Notes: generated by a model not told the origin, from the letters alone. Shown: positions 27,560-41,910, numbered from the stretch's first letter. The stretch: DNA of 64,000 bases from Nageia nagi (GCA_050084985.1 JBITNC010000001.1:160580001-160644000); one strand, 5' to 3'. Numbers and translations are program-made.

Positions 27560-28428
27560 TATTTACAAGTAAAAATTCGAGCATGCAAATAAATGAGCAA
27601 TAAAGGAAAGCATTCACACACTCGAATGCACTTGTAACTCGAGCTACATATAGCAATTTATACATAGAATAATGAAAGATAACAACAAGTATTTTGACAA
27701 ATTGATAAAACTTGAAATTTGCTTGATAAATTCAGGTTCACTGATAAGTATGTAACAAGTAAATGCAAAATATATGTATGATAAAATAGGCGTAAAATGG
27801 CACCGCCTATCAAGACTGAAGTTATATACCCACTTCACAGAGCATGCTTGAAATGAAACTGTTGACGAAGTCCTAGGATCCAACGTTGTCCACACCTGAA
27901 ATCATGAAGCTAAAAAGTCATAGAAGAAGGCTATGGGCGATGTTTGTCACACTGGATAGGAACACCGATGGTCTATATTCATCCACAGAGGAGCATCGGT
28001 GGCCTTCAATAGGCTATTATCTATCTCCAATGAGTCTACACACCCACTAAAATCTTGAGATGATCGTAGTATGATTATCAGATAGGTCTCTTAGTTCTTC
28101 TGAATGCTCGCAAGAAGGGGATACACAAAATCAAGCTTGACAGGCAGTGTCAAGAGACACCTTACAATATGATTGCCATTGTCAAGACCATGCATAGGAT
28201 CATGTGTATCCTTGATTCTAGACTTACTATTAGATCCCTTATTTATATAGGTAGTAGATAATATGACGCACTCCTTGAGTCCGCATGTACCTACATAAGC
28301 AAGAGAAACATAGCAAATAATGATATATATTAATGAAATCCAAGATAACATTAATAACTGATTATAAGTGTAGGAAACTATTTTATAATGTATTAACAAA
28401 TACATAAATCAAATTTTATGTGTTAACA
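27560..28428 (-). repeat. 3' LTR of the Tat element
   Basis: Direct repeat of 35187-36055 (about 58 substitutions, no indels, counted by eye). Starts TGTTAAC on the minus strand; terminal CA mutated to TA. Confidence 0.95.
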
Positions 28429-28442
28429 AATGCCCCACTTTG
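28429..28442 (-). promoter_or_regulatory. Polypurine tract of the Tat element
   Basis: Minus strand AAAGTGGGGCATT directly precedes the 3' LTR TG. Confidence 0.8.
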
Positions 28443-29230
28443 AATGATAAAGCGCAAATCACTTAGTGCATTAAGATTTTTCATTCAAAGTATACTTAAG
28501 ATGCCATAGCCAATCAAATATTGATAAGCATTGATAAGCATAATACCAACACTAATCAATCTAATTTTGATACTGAACTATGATAAACTTGAGAAAGCTA
28601 AACAACATAATGACAAGAGATATGGGTTAAGAAACCCCCTTATGTGATATTCACCATGTTGCCCCTAGTTGATATTGCTAGGCTCCAATGATGTCCTGCA
28701 AAAAGAAAAGATAGCTCTAGGGTCCATAGCCATCTACCAAGAGGTCATAGATGAAAATTACCCATATTTTTTACATTTGGATATTATATATTTTTTTTGT
28801 GTGGAGTACAACCATCTCCTATCATTGATGGTTTAGTCCGATGATTCTGTGGGAGCTGGACTCCCTACCAAGAGGCATGGTAATTGATATGGAGCTAATA
28901 CTCTACTAAGGGGCATGCAATGTGGAGCTAAAACTCTACTAAGAGGCATATGATAAACTACTGATAATCTGATAAATCTGACCAAACTGATAAATTTGAC
29001 CAATCTAGGAGCTGGAACTCTACCAAGAGGCATAAAGGATCTTCAAACTAGCTGCTTCTACCTTAAAGATAGGACTGTGGGTGGCCTACTTCTCATGGAT
29101 ATGGAGCATGGGTGCTCCTCTTCTGACCTCAAACTGACTCTTTGATTTGGCTCTGTGACATCTGCTCGCATGATCATTCCTTTAGTATACTTTGCTATGA
29201 CCTAGATGCACGCATCAACCTGTAGGCCAC

Positions 29231-32200
29231 CTAGATGTAATACTTCTTCAAATGCCTAGCATTGATGGGATTCTTGAGAATCTCCCCATCCAATGTAGAC
29301 AACCTGTAAGCACCTCTACCAAATTCTTCTGTAATAAGGTATGGTCCAACCCAATTTGGCTCAAACTTTCCCTTAAGCTCATCTTTGGCTGTAGTATTGA
29401 AAATATTCTCCTGCAAGACCATATCTCCAACCTCAAAATCCTTAGGGACCACTCTCTTGCCATATGATCTTTTAATCCTCTACTAATATGCTTTGAGGTG
29501 TTCTAATGCAGTGATTCTCTTTTCATCTAGTGCTTCAAGTTGATTCAATCTTGCCTCCAAATATTGTGGTTCCTTCATCACATCCTTGAGTGCAATCCTC
29601 AAAGATGGGATCTCAATCTCAAGAGGGATAACTACCTCATCTCCAAACATAAGAGAGTATGGGGTAGCACCTGTTGCTATCCTTTCGCTTTTCCTATATG
29701 CCCATAAAGTGTAAGGTAATTGCTCATGCCAATCCTTCCCATTCTTCTTGATATTGTTGGCCAATATCCTTTTGATCATCTTATTTGTAGCTTCAACCTG
29801 CCCATTGCCTTGAGGGTAGTAAACTAAAGAAAATCTCTGCTCAATCCTCATTTTTTGGTAAAATTATTTGATATCCTTACCTATGAAGTTTGCCCCATTG
29901 TCCATAACCAACCTTTATGGTATGCCAAACCTACAAATGATGTATTCCTTGATGAACTTGATCACATGCTTATGTATAGCTATTTTTAAAGGGATAGCCT
30001 CAACCCATTTCATATAATATTCTATAGCAACTAAGATAAACTTGTGCCCCTCACTAGATGGTGGGTTAATAACACACATGAAATCCATAGCCCACATAGA
30101 GAAAGGCCATGGTGATGTAACATAGTTCAATTCCTGAGTTGGTGTAAGCTCAAGATGTGCATGCCTTTGACATTGCTCACATTTCTTGACATGCTAAAAA
30201 TAGTCATGTTCCATGGTAGGCCACCAATAACCCATCCTGATTAGCTTGCCAAAAACTAATCTCCCATTAAAATGCCCCCCACATGCCCCCCCATGGGCAT
30301 GCTCTAATACTGTCGCAATTTCCTCAATAAGAAGGCACCTTAAAAGAATACCATTAAATGACCTTTTGTAAAGCACATCACCAATGATAACATACCTAGT
30401 TGCAAGCCTCTTTATTCTAATTTGCTCTCACTTATCCAAAGTAGTATCAATAAAATCATCCTTCAAATATCTATAGATATGTTGGTACCACGGACTCTCC
30501 TCATACCCAACTCTTTGGACCACACATATTGTACTTTCCTCGGTAGTGGATGAAGTTTCTAGGTTTTTGATGGTGAAGCTAGTTTCTTTGTCCTCAACTT
30601 CCAATGGTATAAGTGATGTCGCACTTGCCATTACATCTGCTAGTCTATTGCTACTCCTTGGTACACTTTCTAATTGATATCCTTTGAAATGTGTGAGTAA
30701 CTTGATAATGTAATCCCTATAAGGGATAAGCTTTTCATCTTTGGTCTTGTAAACCTTGTTGACCTGCTTAACTATTAGGTATGAATCTCCATAAATATGT
30801 ATCCATGAAATACCAATTTCTATAGCTGCCCTCAAGCCCAATATAAGAGCTTCATATTCTACCATATTGTTAGTGCATTCAAATGACAATTTGTAGGATA
30901 TAGGAATGACATCATTTTGCGAGGATATTAATGTAATTCTTGCTCCTGATCCATGCATACACCTAGACGCATCAAAGTATAACTTCCAAGGTTTAGATTC
31001 TCTTGGAAATGGAATGTCAGTGGTCCTATCATCATCATAAATAGGCCGCAGGCAGTCCTTCTCTACAACCTCTACCATATTTGTTAATGCACATTCATCC
31101 TTGAATTCTTCTCTAAGATTTGTACTATCCCTTGTGGGGAATTCTGCAACAAAATCTGCGATTGCCTATCCCTTAACTAATTTTTGCTTGACAAATCTGA
31201 GATCAAATTCTTGAAGTAACATGACCCATTTTGCTACTCTTCCATCAAGGCAAGGCTTTGACATTAAGTACCTCAATGGATCTACATGTGTAAGCACATG
31301 TGTAGTGCTATTGATCATGTAATGCTACAACCTTTCAGTAGTAAACACCACACATTGACATAACTTCTCAATAGGAGTGTATCTAGTCTCATAATCCTTC
31401 AATGTCCTTCAATGTCCTGCTGATAAAATAGATAGCCCTCTCTTTACCATCTTCCTCCTTCTTAGCAAGCATTACTCCAAATGCATGCTCTGTAGCTGAA
31501 ACATAAAGCCAAAGGGGTTCTCCATGCCTATATGTAGCTAACACCAGCAGGTGTAACAAATATTCTTTTATCTTATCAAATGACTCTTGACATTTATCAT
31601 CCCATTTAAGCTCAACATCTTTCTTAAGTAAATGAGACATAAGAGCTATCTTGTCTGTTAATTGACATATAAATCTTCTAATGGCCTGCATTTTACCTTG
31701 TAAACTCCTTAATTGCTTGAGATTTGTTGGAGGTGCCATTTCTGTTATGGCTTTGATCTTTTTGGGATCCACTTCCACACCTCTCCTTGAGACAATATGT
31801 CCCAAGAGTTTTCCTGATGACACACCAAACACACACTTTTGTGGCTTAACTCTTAACTTGTACTGTCTCATCCTCTCAAATGCTGCTTTCAAATCTTGAA
31901 CATGATCTTCTATGTTCTTGGATTTTATCAAAATATCATCAACATATACCTCAATTGTCTTATGAACAAAATCATGGAACATAGCTGTCATGGCTCTTTG
32001 GTATGTAGCTCCCGCATTCTTGAGACCAAATGACATTACCTTTTAGCAAAAGTTGCCCCAAGGTGTTCTAAAAGCTATTTTATGTTGATCAATCTCTTTG
32101 ATTTTAATCTGATTATATCCTGAAAAGCCATCCATAAATGACAACATCTCATATCCTACTAAACTATCAATGATCATATCTATGTTAGGCAACATAAAAT

Positions 32201-35110
32201 TGTCTTTTGGACAAGCCTTGTTGAGATCCCTAAAATCAGTACACACTCTGATTTCACTTGTAGGCTTCTTAACTAGAACTATATTAGCCATCCATTCTGA
32301 GTAGTCTATGGATCTTATGAATCCAACTTCTAGCAATTTCTCTATTTCCTTCTTCACGAGCAATGAAACCTAAAAAGGCATTTTTCGTGGCTTTTGTTTT
32401 ACTGGCATTACCCCTTTTTTAACCACTAGGTTACGAACCACAAAATTCTCATCTAACCCTGGCATATCTTTGTAACACCATGCAAATAGCTCGAAATAAT
32501 TATGAAAAGACTGAACTAATTCATTTTACAATGGTGCCTCAAGAAGCTTACCCGTTTTTAGTATTCGTGGTATCTCTTGAGAGCTGATATTAACTTCTTT
32601 AATTTCTTCATTCAACTAGGTAACCTCAGCTTCTAATGGCAAAGGGAATGGTAACTCTCCCAATCCCTCAATCTTGTCATCTCTGGATTCCTTGAAATAA
32701 GCATGTATATCTGGACAATGCATTTGAATTCTCTTTTCGTGCCTTATTGAATATTCTATTCTAGAACCTAATACTTCTAAAAAGGCATCATCATTCTGAA
32801 ATAGATCTATAATGTGTATAGCATCTTCCTCATCAATCTCGTAATCAATTACATAACAATTGCTTACCCACTCATCGAACTACACTATTTTTGAAATTCT
32901 ATCCTGACAAACATGATCACCACCCTGATACAGAATTATACTTGACTGGTTTTTCTCCATTTCTTCCCCAGAAGAAGACTACCGATGGTCCCCTATCACT
33001 AAAAAGGAGCATGAGCATTTTCTTCCTGACCTTACTACTGTTTGTTAAAGTTTTCATCTAAACTGATTTCATTGACGTTCGTGATAACATATGAACCAAT
33101 CCTGATATCCATCACATTGATTTTCTCTAATGCTTTCCTATAAATCCGATCATTCCTGGCTAGAAGGGTTTCATCTTCCACATCACATGGAACAAATCTC
33201 TCCAGGAGGATAAAGTTACACTGCTTGGCCATCTATTCATCTACCTCAACCTTATAAACATTCCCCTCAAAATAGAATTTAAAACACCTATGTAATGTTG
33301 ATGCCACTCCATCCATATCATCTATCCAAGGTCTTCCAAGAATAAAGTTGAATGAAGGCTTCCCTTTCGTGATATAAAATAGAGTGTCAAGCACTTTATT
33401 ACCAACCTTGATTGGTAATGTGATAATTCTTGCACATCTTCTAGGTATGCCATCAAATCCCTTGACTCTCATGGTAGTCTCTTCTCTTGGAGGTAGCACA
33501 TCCGTATCAAATTACTCCAACAGATGAGTGGTAGCAATATTTAGGGCTGCCCCACCATCTATCAATGACCTCTTAACTGTTATTCCAAAGGCATCCACCT
33601 CAATGAACAAAGGTGGATGAAGCTTAGTGACATCCTTACTAGGCTTCTTGCTAGGGTAAAATGCAATAACTTCCCCTTTACCCCAAATCTCTACCTTTTT
33701 TACAAAAGTAGCAATAGAAATATTTTGATCTATCTGACTATTCCTGAAAACTTGATTCATCATCTCCCTATGAGGTGCTAAAATTTGAAGTAACTCAAAA
33801 AGACTAACCTTAGCTTGTGTGCTCTTTAATTGGTCAATCAAATCAAAACCTCTAGGATCTTTTGGTAGCTCCCTCTCATAGGTAACTGGATCGACCATCT
33901 CTCTAGCTCTCCCTCTTGTGAGTGCCACACAAACATCTTCATGGAAAATCACATTGACATGTTGCTCTTCCTCTGCATCTTTGACCTTTGCTGGACACAC
34001 ATAGAATCCATCTTCTATGAGCTTCTGTATTTTATTCCTAAGGCTTCCACACCCATTAGTAGCATGGCCCTTAGTCTGATGATACTTGCAATACCTATCT
34101 TCTTTATACCAAGTGGGTCTTTCTACTGTAGGATCTTCTTCATGCTTAGATAAGGGTTGTAACAACCCTTTCACCACAAGGTCTTTTAGGATATATCTCG
34201 GAGGTATGGGAAATTTCATAAATTTCCTCTCTTTCAACCCACTTGTCTTCTCGACCACATGGATAGTTTTCTCCTTCTTTGGTGATTGTGATCTCTTATC
34301 CTTTGCTTTAGTCTTATCATCACTACCATACTTCACAAGCCCTAGCTTCACAAGGACTTTCTCTTTCTCTAACAATTTATATGTCATATCCGAAAACACA
34401 AGATGTGTATAATCGATGACATGTGATTGCAAGGGTAAGATAACAGCTTCTTTAAAAATATTGTTTACCTCTTTTTCTGTCAATTTGGTCTTCACTTGTT
34501 ACCATGTCTTCTTAATCCTCACAATAAATTTGTCCAGTTTCTCATCACTGCCTTGCTTTATAGCACATAAATCTGATACCATAACCTCCTGCTTGATGTT
34601 ATGCTTGTATTGCTCCAGGAATAAACTACTAAATTCTCCAAATGATGTGATGGACCCTTCAAGTAGGGCATAAAACCATTCTCGAGCCTCTCCCTCCAAG
34701 CTATGGGGAAAGAATTTGGCTTGTAATCTTTGATCTGTACCGATTTTGAGTTCGCACTCATCCTTGAATCCTTGTAGATGTCTCCTCGGATCTCCTTCAC
34801 CATTGAACTTGCAAAATTTTAGCTCTTTATAATCAGATGGTGGCATGTGCCTATGAATCTCATCATATAGGGGACTACCAAATTCAAAAGAATCATTAGG
34901 CAGAGCTGATCCCCTTGCCAATCTATCGATTTGCCTTTGCATACCCTCTATAGTAGCTTGAAAGTTACTATTATTGCCCTCAGCACTATTTTGCATTCCT
35001 TCGGATCCCTTTGGACCATCATGTCTGATTTCCCCCAATAATTCATCTAGATCTCTTCTTGAAAGACTATGCAGGAATAATTTAAGCTGATCCATAACTG
35101 AAACACTCAC
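29231..35110 (-). pseudogene. gag-pol polyprotein remnant (gag, protease, RT, RNase H, aRH, integrase)
   Basis: Gag KFNGEGDPRRHL and CKYHQTKGHATNGC; protease LIDGGAALNI; RT RVCTDFRDLNKACPKD and VYVDDILIK; integrase HGGACGGHF, PWPFSMWAMD, YYPQGNGQVE, GKFEPNWVGPY. Broken by many stops and frameshifts. Confidence 0.95.
30428..31078 (-). pseudogene. Additional archaeal-type RNase H (aRH) domain between RT-RH and integrase
   Basis: WKLYFDAS..CTNNMVEYEALILGL..IYGDSYLIVKQV..VPRSSNRLAD, the diagnostic domain of Tat-clade elements. Confidence 0.9.
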
Positions 35111-35166
35111 AAAATAGATATTAGTCCTAACTAAAACCCTTAGGGTTTTAGTACAATGATGTGAAG

Positions 35167-35184
35167 TTCATGTCGGGTTCACCA
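35167..35184 (-). promoter_or_regulatory. Primer-binding site complementary to tRNA-Trp
   Basis: Plus strand TTCATGTCGGGTTCACCA matches, at 17/18, the plant cytosolic tRNA-Trp 3' end as I recall it (TTCACGTCGGGTTCACCA). It sits 2 nt from the 5' LTR. Confidence 0.85.
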
Positions 35185-35186
35185 GA

Positions 35187-36055
35187 TGTTTACAAGTAAA
35201 AATTCAAGCATGCAAATAAATGAGCAATAAAGGAAAGCATTCACACACTCGAATGCACTTGTAACTCGAGCTACGGATAGCAATTTATACACAAAATAAT
35301 GAAAGATAACAACAAGTATTTTGACAAATTGATAAAACTCAAAATTTGCTCGATAAATTTAGGTTCACTAATAAGTATGTAACAAGTAAATGCAAAATAT
35401 ATGTATGATAAAATAGGTGTAAAATGGCACCACCTATCAATACTGAAGTTATATACCCACTTCACGGAGCATGCTTGAAATGAAACTGTTGACGAAGTCT
35501 TAGGATCCAACGTTGTCCACACCTGAAATCACAAAGCTAAAAAGTCACAGAAGAAGGCTACGGGTGATGTTTGTCGCACTGGATAGGAACATCGACGATC
35601 TGTATTCGTCCATAGAGGAGTACCGATGGCCTTTGATAGGCTATGATCCATCTCTAAGGAGTCTATACCCCCACTAAAATCTTGAGATGATCATAGTATG
35701 ATTATCAGATAGGTCTCTCAGTTCTTTAGAATGCTTGCAAGACGGGGATACACAAAATCAGGCTTGATAGGCGGTGTCAAGAGACACCTTACAATATGAT
35801 TGCCATTATCAAGACCATACGTGGGATCATGTGTATCCTTGATTCTGGACTTACTATTAGATCCCTTATTTATATAGGTAGTAGATAATATGACGCACTC
35901 CTTGAGTCAACATGTACCTACATAAGCAAGAGAAACATAGTAAATAATGATATATATTAATGAAATCCAAGATAACATTAATAACTGATTATAAGTGTGG
36001 GCAACTATTTTATAATGTATTAACAAATACATAAATCAAATTTTATGTGTTAACA
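35187..36055 (-). repeat. 5' LTR of the Tat element
   Basis: TGTT...AACA termini, TATATAAATA box on the minus strand near 35866-35876, adjacent PBS. Confidence 0.95.
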
Positions 36056-36170
36056 GATCCAAACCCCAAGATACCAAAAGTGAATTCCATTTAGGTGGGA
36101 TAAGGATGATAATACCACCTCTTCCATGATAATGATTAGTAGAATAAAAAGAACTATTGGGCCAAGGAAA

Positions 36171-37150
36171 GGGATTAGTGCAAGAAGTTTGGTCTAGTTT
36201 AAGGCCAAAATGTGGAAATATTTTCTTTGATTTTCAAATTTTGATACAATTAAATTCAAAATTTGAAGCACTTAAAATGGAATCATGAAAAATATCACTA
36301 CAACAAAAATATTGTGCTTAGAGTCTATTTTTTAAATATATGATTTATTCCACTACCCAAATGATAAATAAAAACCACTTTTTATAATATATTATTTTAG
36401 GACCATACCATCCACATGTCCTTCAATCATAATTTGACCTAAATAAAAGTATTTTTTAAAATCCTGCTGGGAATAGATACCTAAGACATTGAATCTTGTC
36501 TTGGATATTTTCCTATGATTTTTTCATGAATATTTTTTTATTAATTTTGTATTGGTCTTATTTGCTATTTCATAAAGTGCTTGTGTATGAAACACATAAT
36601 TTGAATTAAAATTATTCATTTTTCAATTTTATTATTCTTATATAAAATTATTTGAAGCTTTTCTCCATATAAATGTTTTTGTAACTCCGAAAAAATAAAC
36701 ATTTATTAAGAAAATAATATACCCTCATATTTTAAGTATATGGACTAGTTTCACAAAAAAATAATAGAAAAACATAAAATCTAAGCCAATTGTAAAAATA
36801 TATATATATATATATTTAAAATTTGCACTCTTTCATCTATAAACAATTTCAGTTTCATGAAAAAATTATAACAAAATCACCATCAAACATATCCCCAAAG
36901 TTACAATTTTCTAGTGAAATCAACTATGAACACATACATGCAAGTCCAAGGTTGATAGTTGCCTTAGTAAACCTTTTCCAAGACTAAAATTAATGATGCA
37001 TGAGTAGGAAATTAATTTGAATATATCAAGATCTTGATATAATATAAATTGCATATAACAAGATCTAAAATATCAAGATCTTGATTTTTTTACACTCATT
37101 GAAAAATCATTTTCTGTTATAAAATATATCAATCCTATCCCAATTTTTAT
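36171..37150 (-). mobile_element. Terminal-inverted-repeat family copy C (inverted, more diverged)
   Basis: Begins GGGATTAGTGCAAGAAGTTTGGTCTAGTTTAAGGCCAAAA, the reverse complement of the right end of copies A/D. Internal similarity (TTTGAAGCACTTA, CATACCAT, GATACCTAAGACATTG) continues. The far end was not resolved. Confidence 0.65.
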
Positions 37151-37559
37151 TTACTTATTACAAAAACAATTCCCAAACACCTAAATTGAGTATGTGAATA
37201 CATCTTCTTATTTTTTATAAATCTTATAAGAATGTAGTGATAGGGGAAGTTATGGAAAGAATCCTTTTTTGTTGTAGACTTAAATATGCTCCATCCCATA
37301 ATCTTCTATAAAATATTTATGCCAAAGTAGGAAGCTAGTATGGGATTTAAAGAAAAGAAAGAAATTATATTAATATCCACAGATGACCAAAAATGGTCAA
37401 TGGGAATGAAGGGTAAACATTTCTAAAGTAGCATGATGGGCTCAGTAGCCCTCACTCAAAGCAAACTATGAAAGGTATAAGAATAATACAAGGGCTAATC
37501 CATAAAAGGAAATAAATAATCAAATAAAGAAACATAGTAGACAAACATGACCAAAAGAG

Positions 37560-40500
37560 ATGTCTCTCATGATTTGTCTAGTTATGCACTATCAATCTAG
37601 TCTATGTTTACATTGGTGCTAATGTAGCTAAAGAAGGTCATGATCCATTGTGACCTCAATGAACTTAGATTGGTATGCACCCTTAGTCTGGTATGTTAAG
37701 TAGGTTGAGGTAAGTCCTCAATCCTCCTCCTATGATCTGCCTCTTTTAAGGCAACTTAGAAGAAAGCGGTAATCAAGCAATCACCTATCTAGTGCTGGGA
37801 GGAAGATTATACACATTTTTGAAGAAGGAAAGTCTCTTTGAGATAGAGTGCTAAATAATGGTAGTTTGGGAAATAAAAGAATATCGAAAATGAGCTATGG
37901 TCATCCTAAAAAAGATAGTGATATCACCCATGAATATCATAATAAATGAACATCTAAAGATGAAATGATCCTCAATCTTGGGCTCTATCAAGTATAATTG
38001 GTAGATTCAATGCTCATGTGCCAATAGTGATCAATCTTGATCTAAAGTTGATGGGAGAACACTTTAAACTAGCCTAGAAACATCTTTAAGCTAAGAGGGA
38101 GGTGTATACATATGTAATCAGGAGGTCAAATCAACCCTCTATCAATCTTTAAGAAATGATGACAGTAGTGCAATAGTTTAAGTGTGCAAGGAGGCTAGGG
38201 GAAACCTAAGTGCACTTAATATAGGCCCTTTAAAGGATATCTTTGATAGAAGCTAACATAACATATGGGTCTCTATGTGTGTCTCTTTGGGGTATACATA
38301 ACTAGTCTAATAAAAATTTGAAGCTTTGTAATGCCTTAGAGGCCTTAGAGAACCAACACCAGTGATAACCCTGAGTTATCAAGTCCATGGATGATGCTAA
38401 TGATCTAGAGGGGAGTCAATCCTCTCTACTCGTAGAAGAAAAGGTGTGGAGGTGATGAATAAAAAGGACCATCAATGCAAGGGATAGTATCTATAAAGGT
38501 TGGTAACCAAACTCTGCCAGCATTATGTGGTGTAAAATAGATCTCTTGCTCCAAATAGAGTGAGATAGGATGCCAACCTGGATCCTCTCAACTATTATCT
38601 AATTTAAGCTCCTTAAGCTAGGGCCCTAAACCTCATAACCATATAATACTATGGGAGTGATCAAAGTATGGAATAATTGAAGCTTGGATGGGATATCCTA
38701 GAAATGGAGTTGGACACACTATCTCTCCAGGGAGGAAACTACTACATATCCTCATCATAATATTGGTGGGGCTATCACTTGCATAGATAATTAATGTCCC
38801 ATGAGGAGAACTCCCAAGTATGTGTAAGATGTGGTAGTCTTAATAACCCTCTCTTTGTAAGTGATATGAGTCTGATAAATAATGACCTTCGAGGTGTTGA
38901 AGATAATAATATTAGTTTTATTGAGATTAACCACCAAGTCCTATCTAGTGTTGAATAAATCGAGGGTATCCATCAAATGCTAAAGACCCTCTATTGTATG
39001 TGAGAGTAATATAATATCATCAATAAAGAGAAGGATGGGAATACAAGTGCTATGGAGAAGAAACCTAGTGTTGATTCCTATTGTCTCAAGCGTAAGTGAC
39101 TTCAACTCATCAATATAAAGATCAAAGAGAGTTAGAGAAAGTGGGAAACCCAAATTCACTCTGATGGTGCTATGAATCATGCTAGATAGATCATATACAA
39201 TATCCACCCACCTTAAAATTGATTCATATAATTTCGATATGGTTGTAAGGCCTATCTCAAAGATCCCTAATCATCTAATCCTATCCAAATCTATAAAATA
39301 GTTGAAAAATAGGGTCTTCCAAAACTTAGCCTCCTAAATAATCACTTGAAGAGTGAGGATGTGGTCGATGGTGTGGTGATCTCTATGTAAACCTACCTAT
39401 CCTCCTTCTATAAATCCTCTAACATCTCCCAGCTGAGATGTGTATTCCTCAATAATGACGGTATAAAGATTGGCCATAGTGTGGCCAATCATAATGGTGC
39501 AATAATTGCTCAAATCATAAGGGTCACCTTATTTATGGATGGGGTGCATAATATTTAGGGTCCAAGGAGTGGGAAATCCAATGCAAATGATGGTGTTGAA
39601 GAGATGGGAGAGGAAGGGGGTAATATGGAACTAGCATGCTTGAGATATTCACCTAAAAGGTTTTTTAGGTCAAGCACTTTTCCAAAAATTAGCTTATAAA
39701 TGGTTTTATGGATGATGAGAGGGGAAACTAAGTCAGAGGAGGAAGGGTGAGTGATAATAGGTGAAGGGATGTGGTTAGGATTGGTGTAGATTTGAGAGGC
39801 ATAAATGCTCCAATCCTGTAAGGTGAGATGGCTAGTGTGGTATCTTCTAGGTGAGAAGAGAGTCAAAATGATTTAGGATCATTTTGGAGTATCAAAATGA
39901 TTTATCATCATATTTTATCTAAGAAGTGGCACTTCTTGGTCTGTGAGAGTTGATGGTAATAGCAGTGTAGGGAATGGATGACATGAGGGGGGTTTGTGAA
40001 GGTGATATTTTGTTAAAGTTGGTGGTTGTTAGATTTACATTGCACATCAAATCATTAGTTTGCTAGGGAATGGATAGGACATTGGGAAATGGTGGGATAT
40101 GGATGTTGTGAGGGAAAATCTACATGATAGTGGAATATAGGGTATCAAAAATGAAAAGTGTCTAATCATTTATGGAGGAGAAAGAGTGCATACAGGAAAG
40201 ATTTTATTTTAGGATAAAGCTATAATTAGAGGCAAGATCTCGATCAAAATAGATGACTGTATGAGGTGCAAGAGGGGTGGGTTGATGGGCTGACATGGGG
40301 GTGATGAGGGGGACATCTATGAGAGAAAGTATCAGGTTGACATGGTTGTTGAAGGGGATACAAGGGGTTACATAGAAGGTTTGACATAGGGAAAGAAGTG
40401 GAAGGATAACAAGGATGTATTCAACATTGGACTCACCTACATGAGGAAAATTTGTGTGATGACAAGAGTGGGGAAATCAAGCAATTCCATTTAGAATGAT

Positions 40501-41910
40501 GAGGTCATGAGTCTCTCTAATATCAAGAAGAGATCTTCTATAGATTGATGTAGGCATACTATCATCAGATGCTCATTAGAGTATAGAATCCCATTCTAAA
40601 GCCCTAAGGTAGAGAGAATCTTCTTGGTCATCAAAATACTACATTTGGAGACTCCCTATTCTACCATTGAAATCCCCTACCAAGATGATATCTCCTTGCA
40701 TTGCATATCTAAAGATCTCAAGGAAGAGGTCCAAGAATGGAGACTAACCCTATCCATGGATGGTATAATGAGAGGTCAATAGAGGAAAATAATAGCCTGC
40801 TATGTAAAGTCTCTAGAGAGGTGGTGATATTACAATGGATAACTAAATGTATTATGCATGCATGTTAATCCCCTCCACTCACATCCTAAAATGTAAATGA
40901 TCACTGATCAAGAAGGATACCCCTCTTACACCACACTTGTAGCTACCTCGATGTGTAGATTTTATAAATGTAGAGACCCAAGAATAACCAGTAAATGGGG
41001 GAAGACCCTTGACAACACTCTCATGTGTCTCTATGAAAATAATTAAGTCTATATTATGGATGATATCATAGATGGATCCAAATGAAGACCAAATCATAAC
41101 ATTATAGTTCCAAAATGTAAATGTGAGAATTGTAGTGGTATCATGCTGGTATCATTATGGAGGTTTGGTGTGAACCCATCTTGGGAGGGGTGTCATGGAT
41201 GAATACCCTACAATCTCAAAGAATAACCTATTTGTTATCTTTCCTAGCTTCTACTACCAACACTCTAGATTTCCAGAGCTCATCAACCTAGATGTGAGTG
41301 AGATTAGCATTGAAGTACATATTGGTAGAGAGAGAATAATTTTTGTTTTTCTCTTAGAGCATGAAGATGATTTTCTATTTAATGAAAGAGGATGATAAGA
41401 TATTTAGCCTAGGTGAACTAAGCTTTCTATATAATGATATTTTGCAACTCTAGTGTATCATGAAGAAAATCAAGACTGGCTTTTTAAGGTTCGTAAGATT
41501 TTGGTAGTCCTCTAACTCATTTATTAAGGGCTTTCAATTGATGCAACTATTCTTCTTCAAATTTTTCATTCACAACAAGTTCTACTAGTATAGAATTTTT
41601 CTTACCCTTAACTACTTGGACCCAAGTGGTTTGATTCTCCACCTATTTTTTGCATTGATTATTGTTGGGTTGTAGTGGCTTGTATAAATTGTTCCTAATG
41701 TGAAATGATCATAAAATGCTTGATTTTGATCTTAGAGATAGATTCATGAAGTTATTGTATTTGTTGGATTTTATCATTAGGAGGGGTCTGGATTGTCTCA
41801 ATGCTTTTGAGTCTAATTTCTTGTTCGTGTACTTAGGCTTGTAGAGTAATAAAAAGATCCCTCTGTTTAGATTTTATTATCATGAGGGAGGATATCAACT
41901 CTATTAAATT
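37560..41910 (-). mobile_element. Decayed non-L1 LINE (L2/RTE-X-like) with ORF1, AP endonuclease and RT remnants
   Basis: EN: IIFIETH, IILVGDFNGRIG. RT: GDPYDLSNYCTIMIGH, TIDHILTL, GFPLSLTLFDLYIDEL, ILLFIDDIILLS, TYLGV. ORF1-like MYFNANLT..ARK near 41.2-41.3 kb. The 3' boundary is approximate and the clade assignment tentative. Confidence 0.8.

Larger units (their letters stand above)
27560..36055 (-). mobile_element. Full-length Ty3/gypsy non-chromovirus OTA/Tat LTR retrotransposon (decayed)
   Basis: Two 869-bp LTRs, perfect 5-bp TSD GATCC (27555-27559 and 36056-36060), PBS and PPT, domain order gag-PR-RT-RH-aRH-INT. Confidence 0.97.
23221..36155 (-). mobile_element. Decayed L1-type LINE (EN, RT, 3' end with poly-A), interrupted by the Tat element at 27560-36055
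   Basis: The endonuclease frame reads across the insertion: GRGGIIILIPPKWNSLLVSWGLDP|SNQVVYTIFNIDHKPFRIVNIYASND. RT motifs lie near 26.2 kb. The 3' end (T8 at 23221-23228) resembles the 3' end of the L1 at 54175-54255. Confidence 0.8.

Noticed and set aside
27644-27895. Near-identical 83-aa ORFs at 27644 and 35271
   Set aside because: They are the same position in the two LTRs, with no coding signature.
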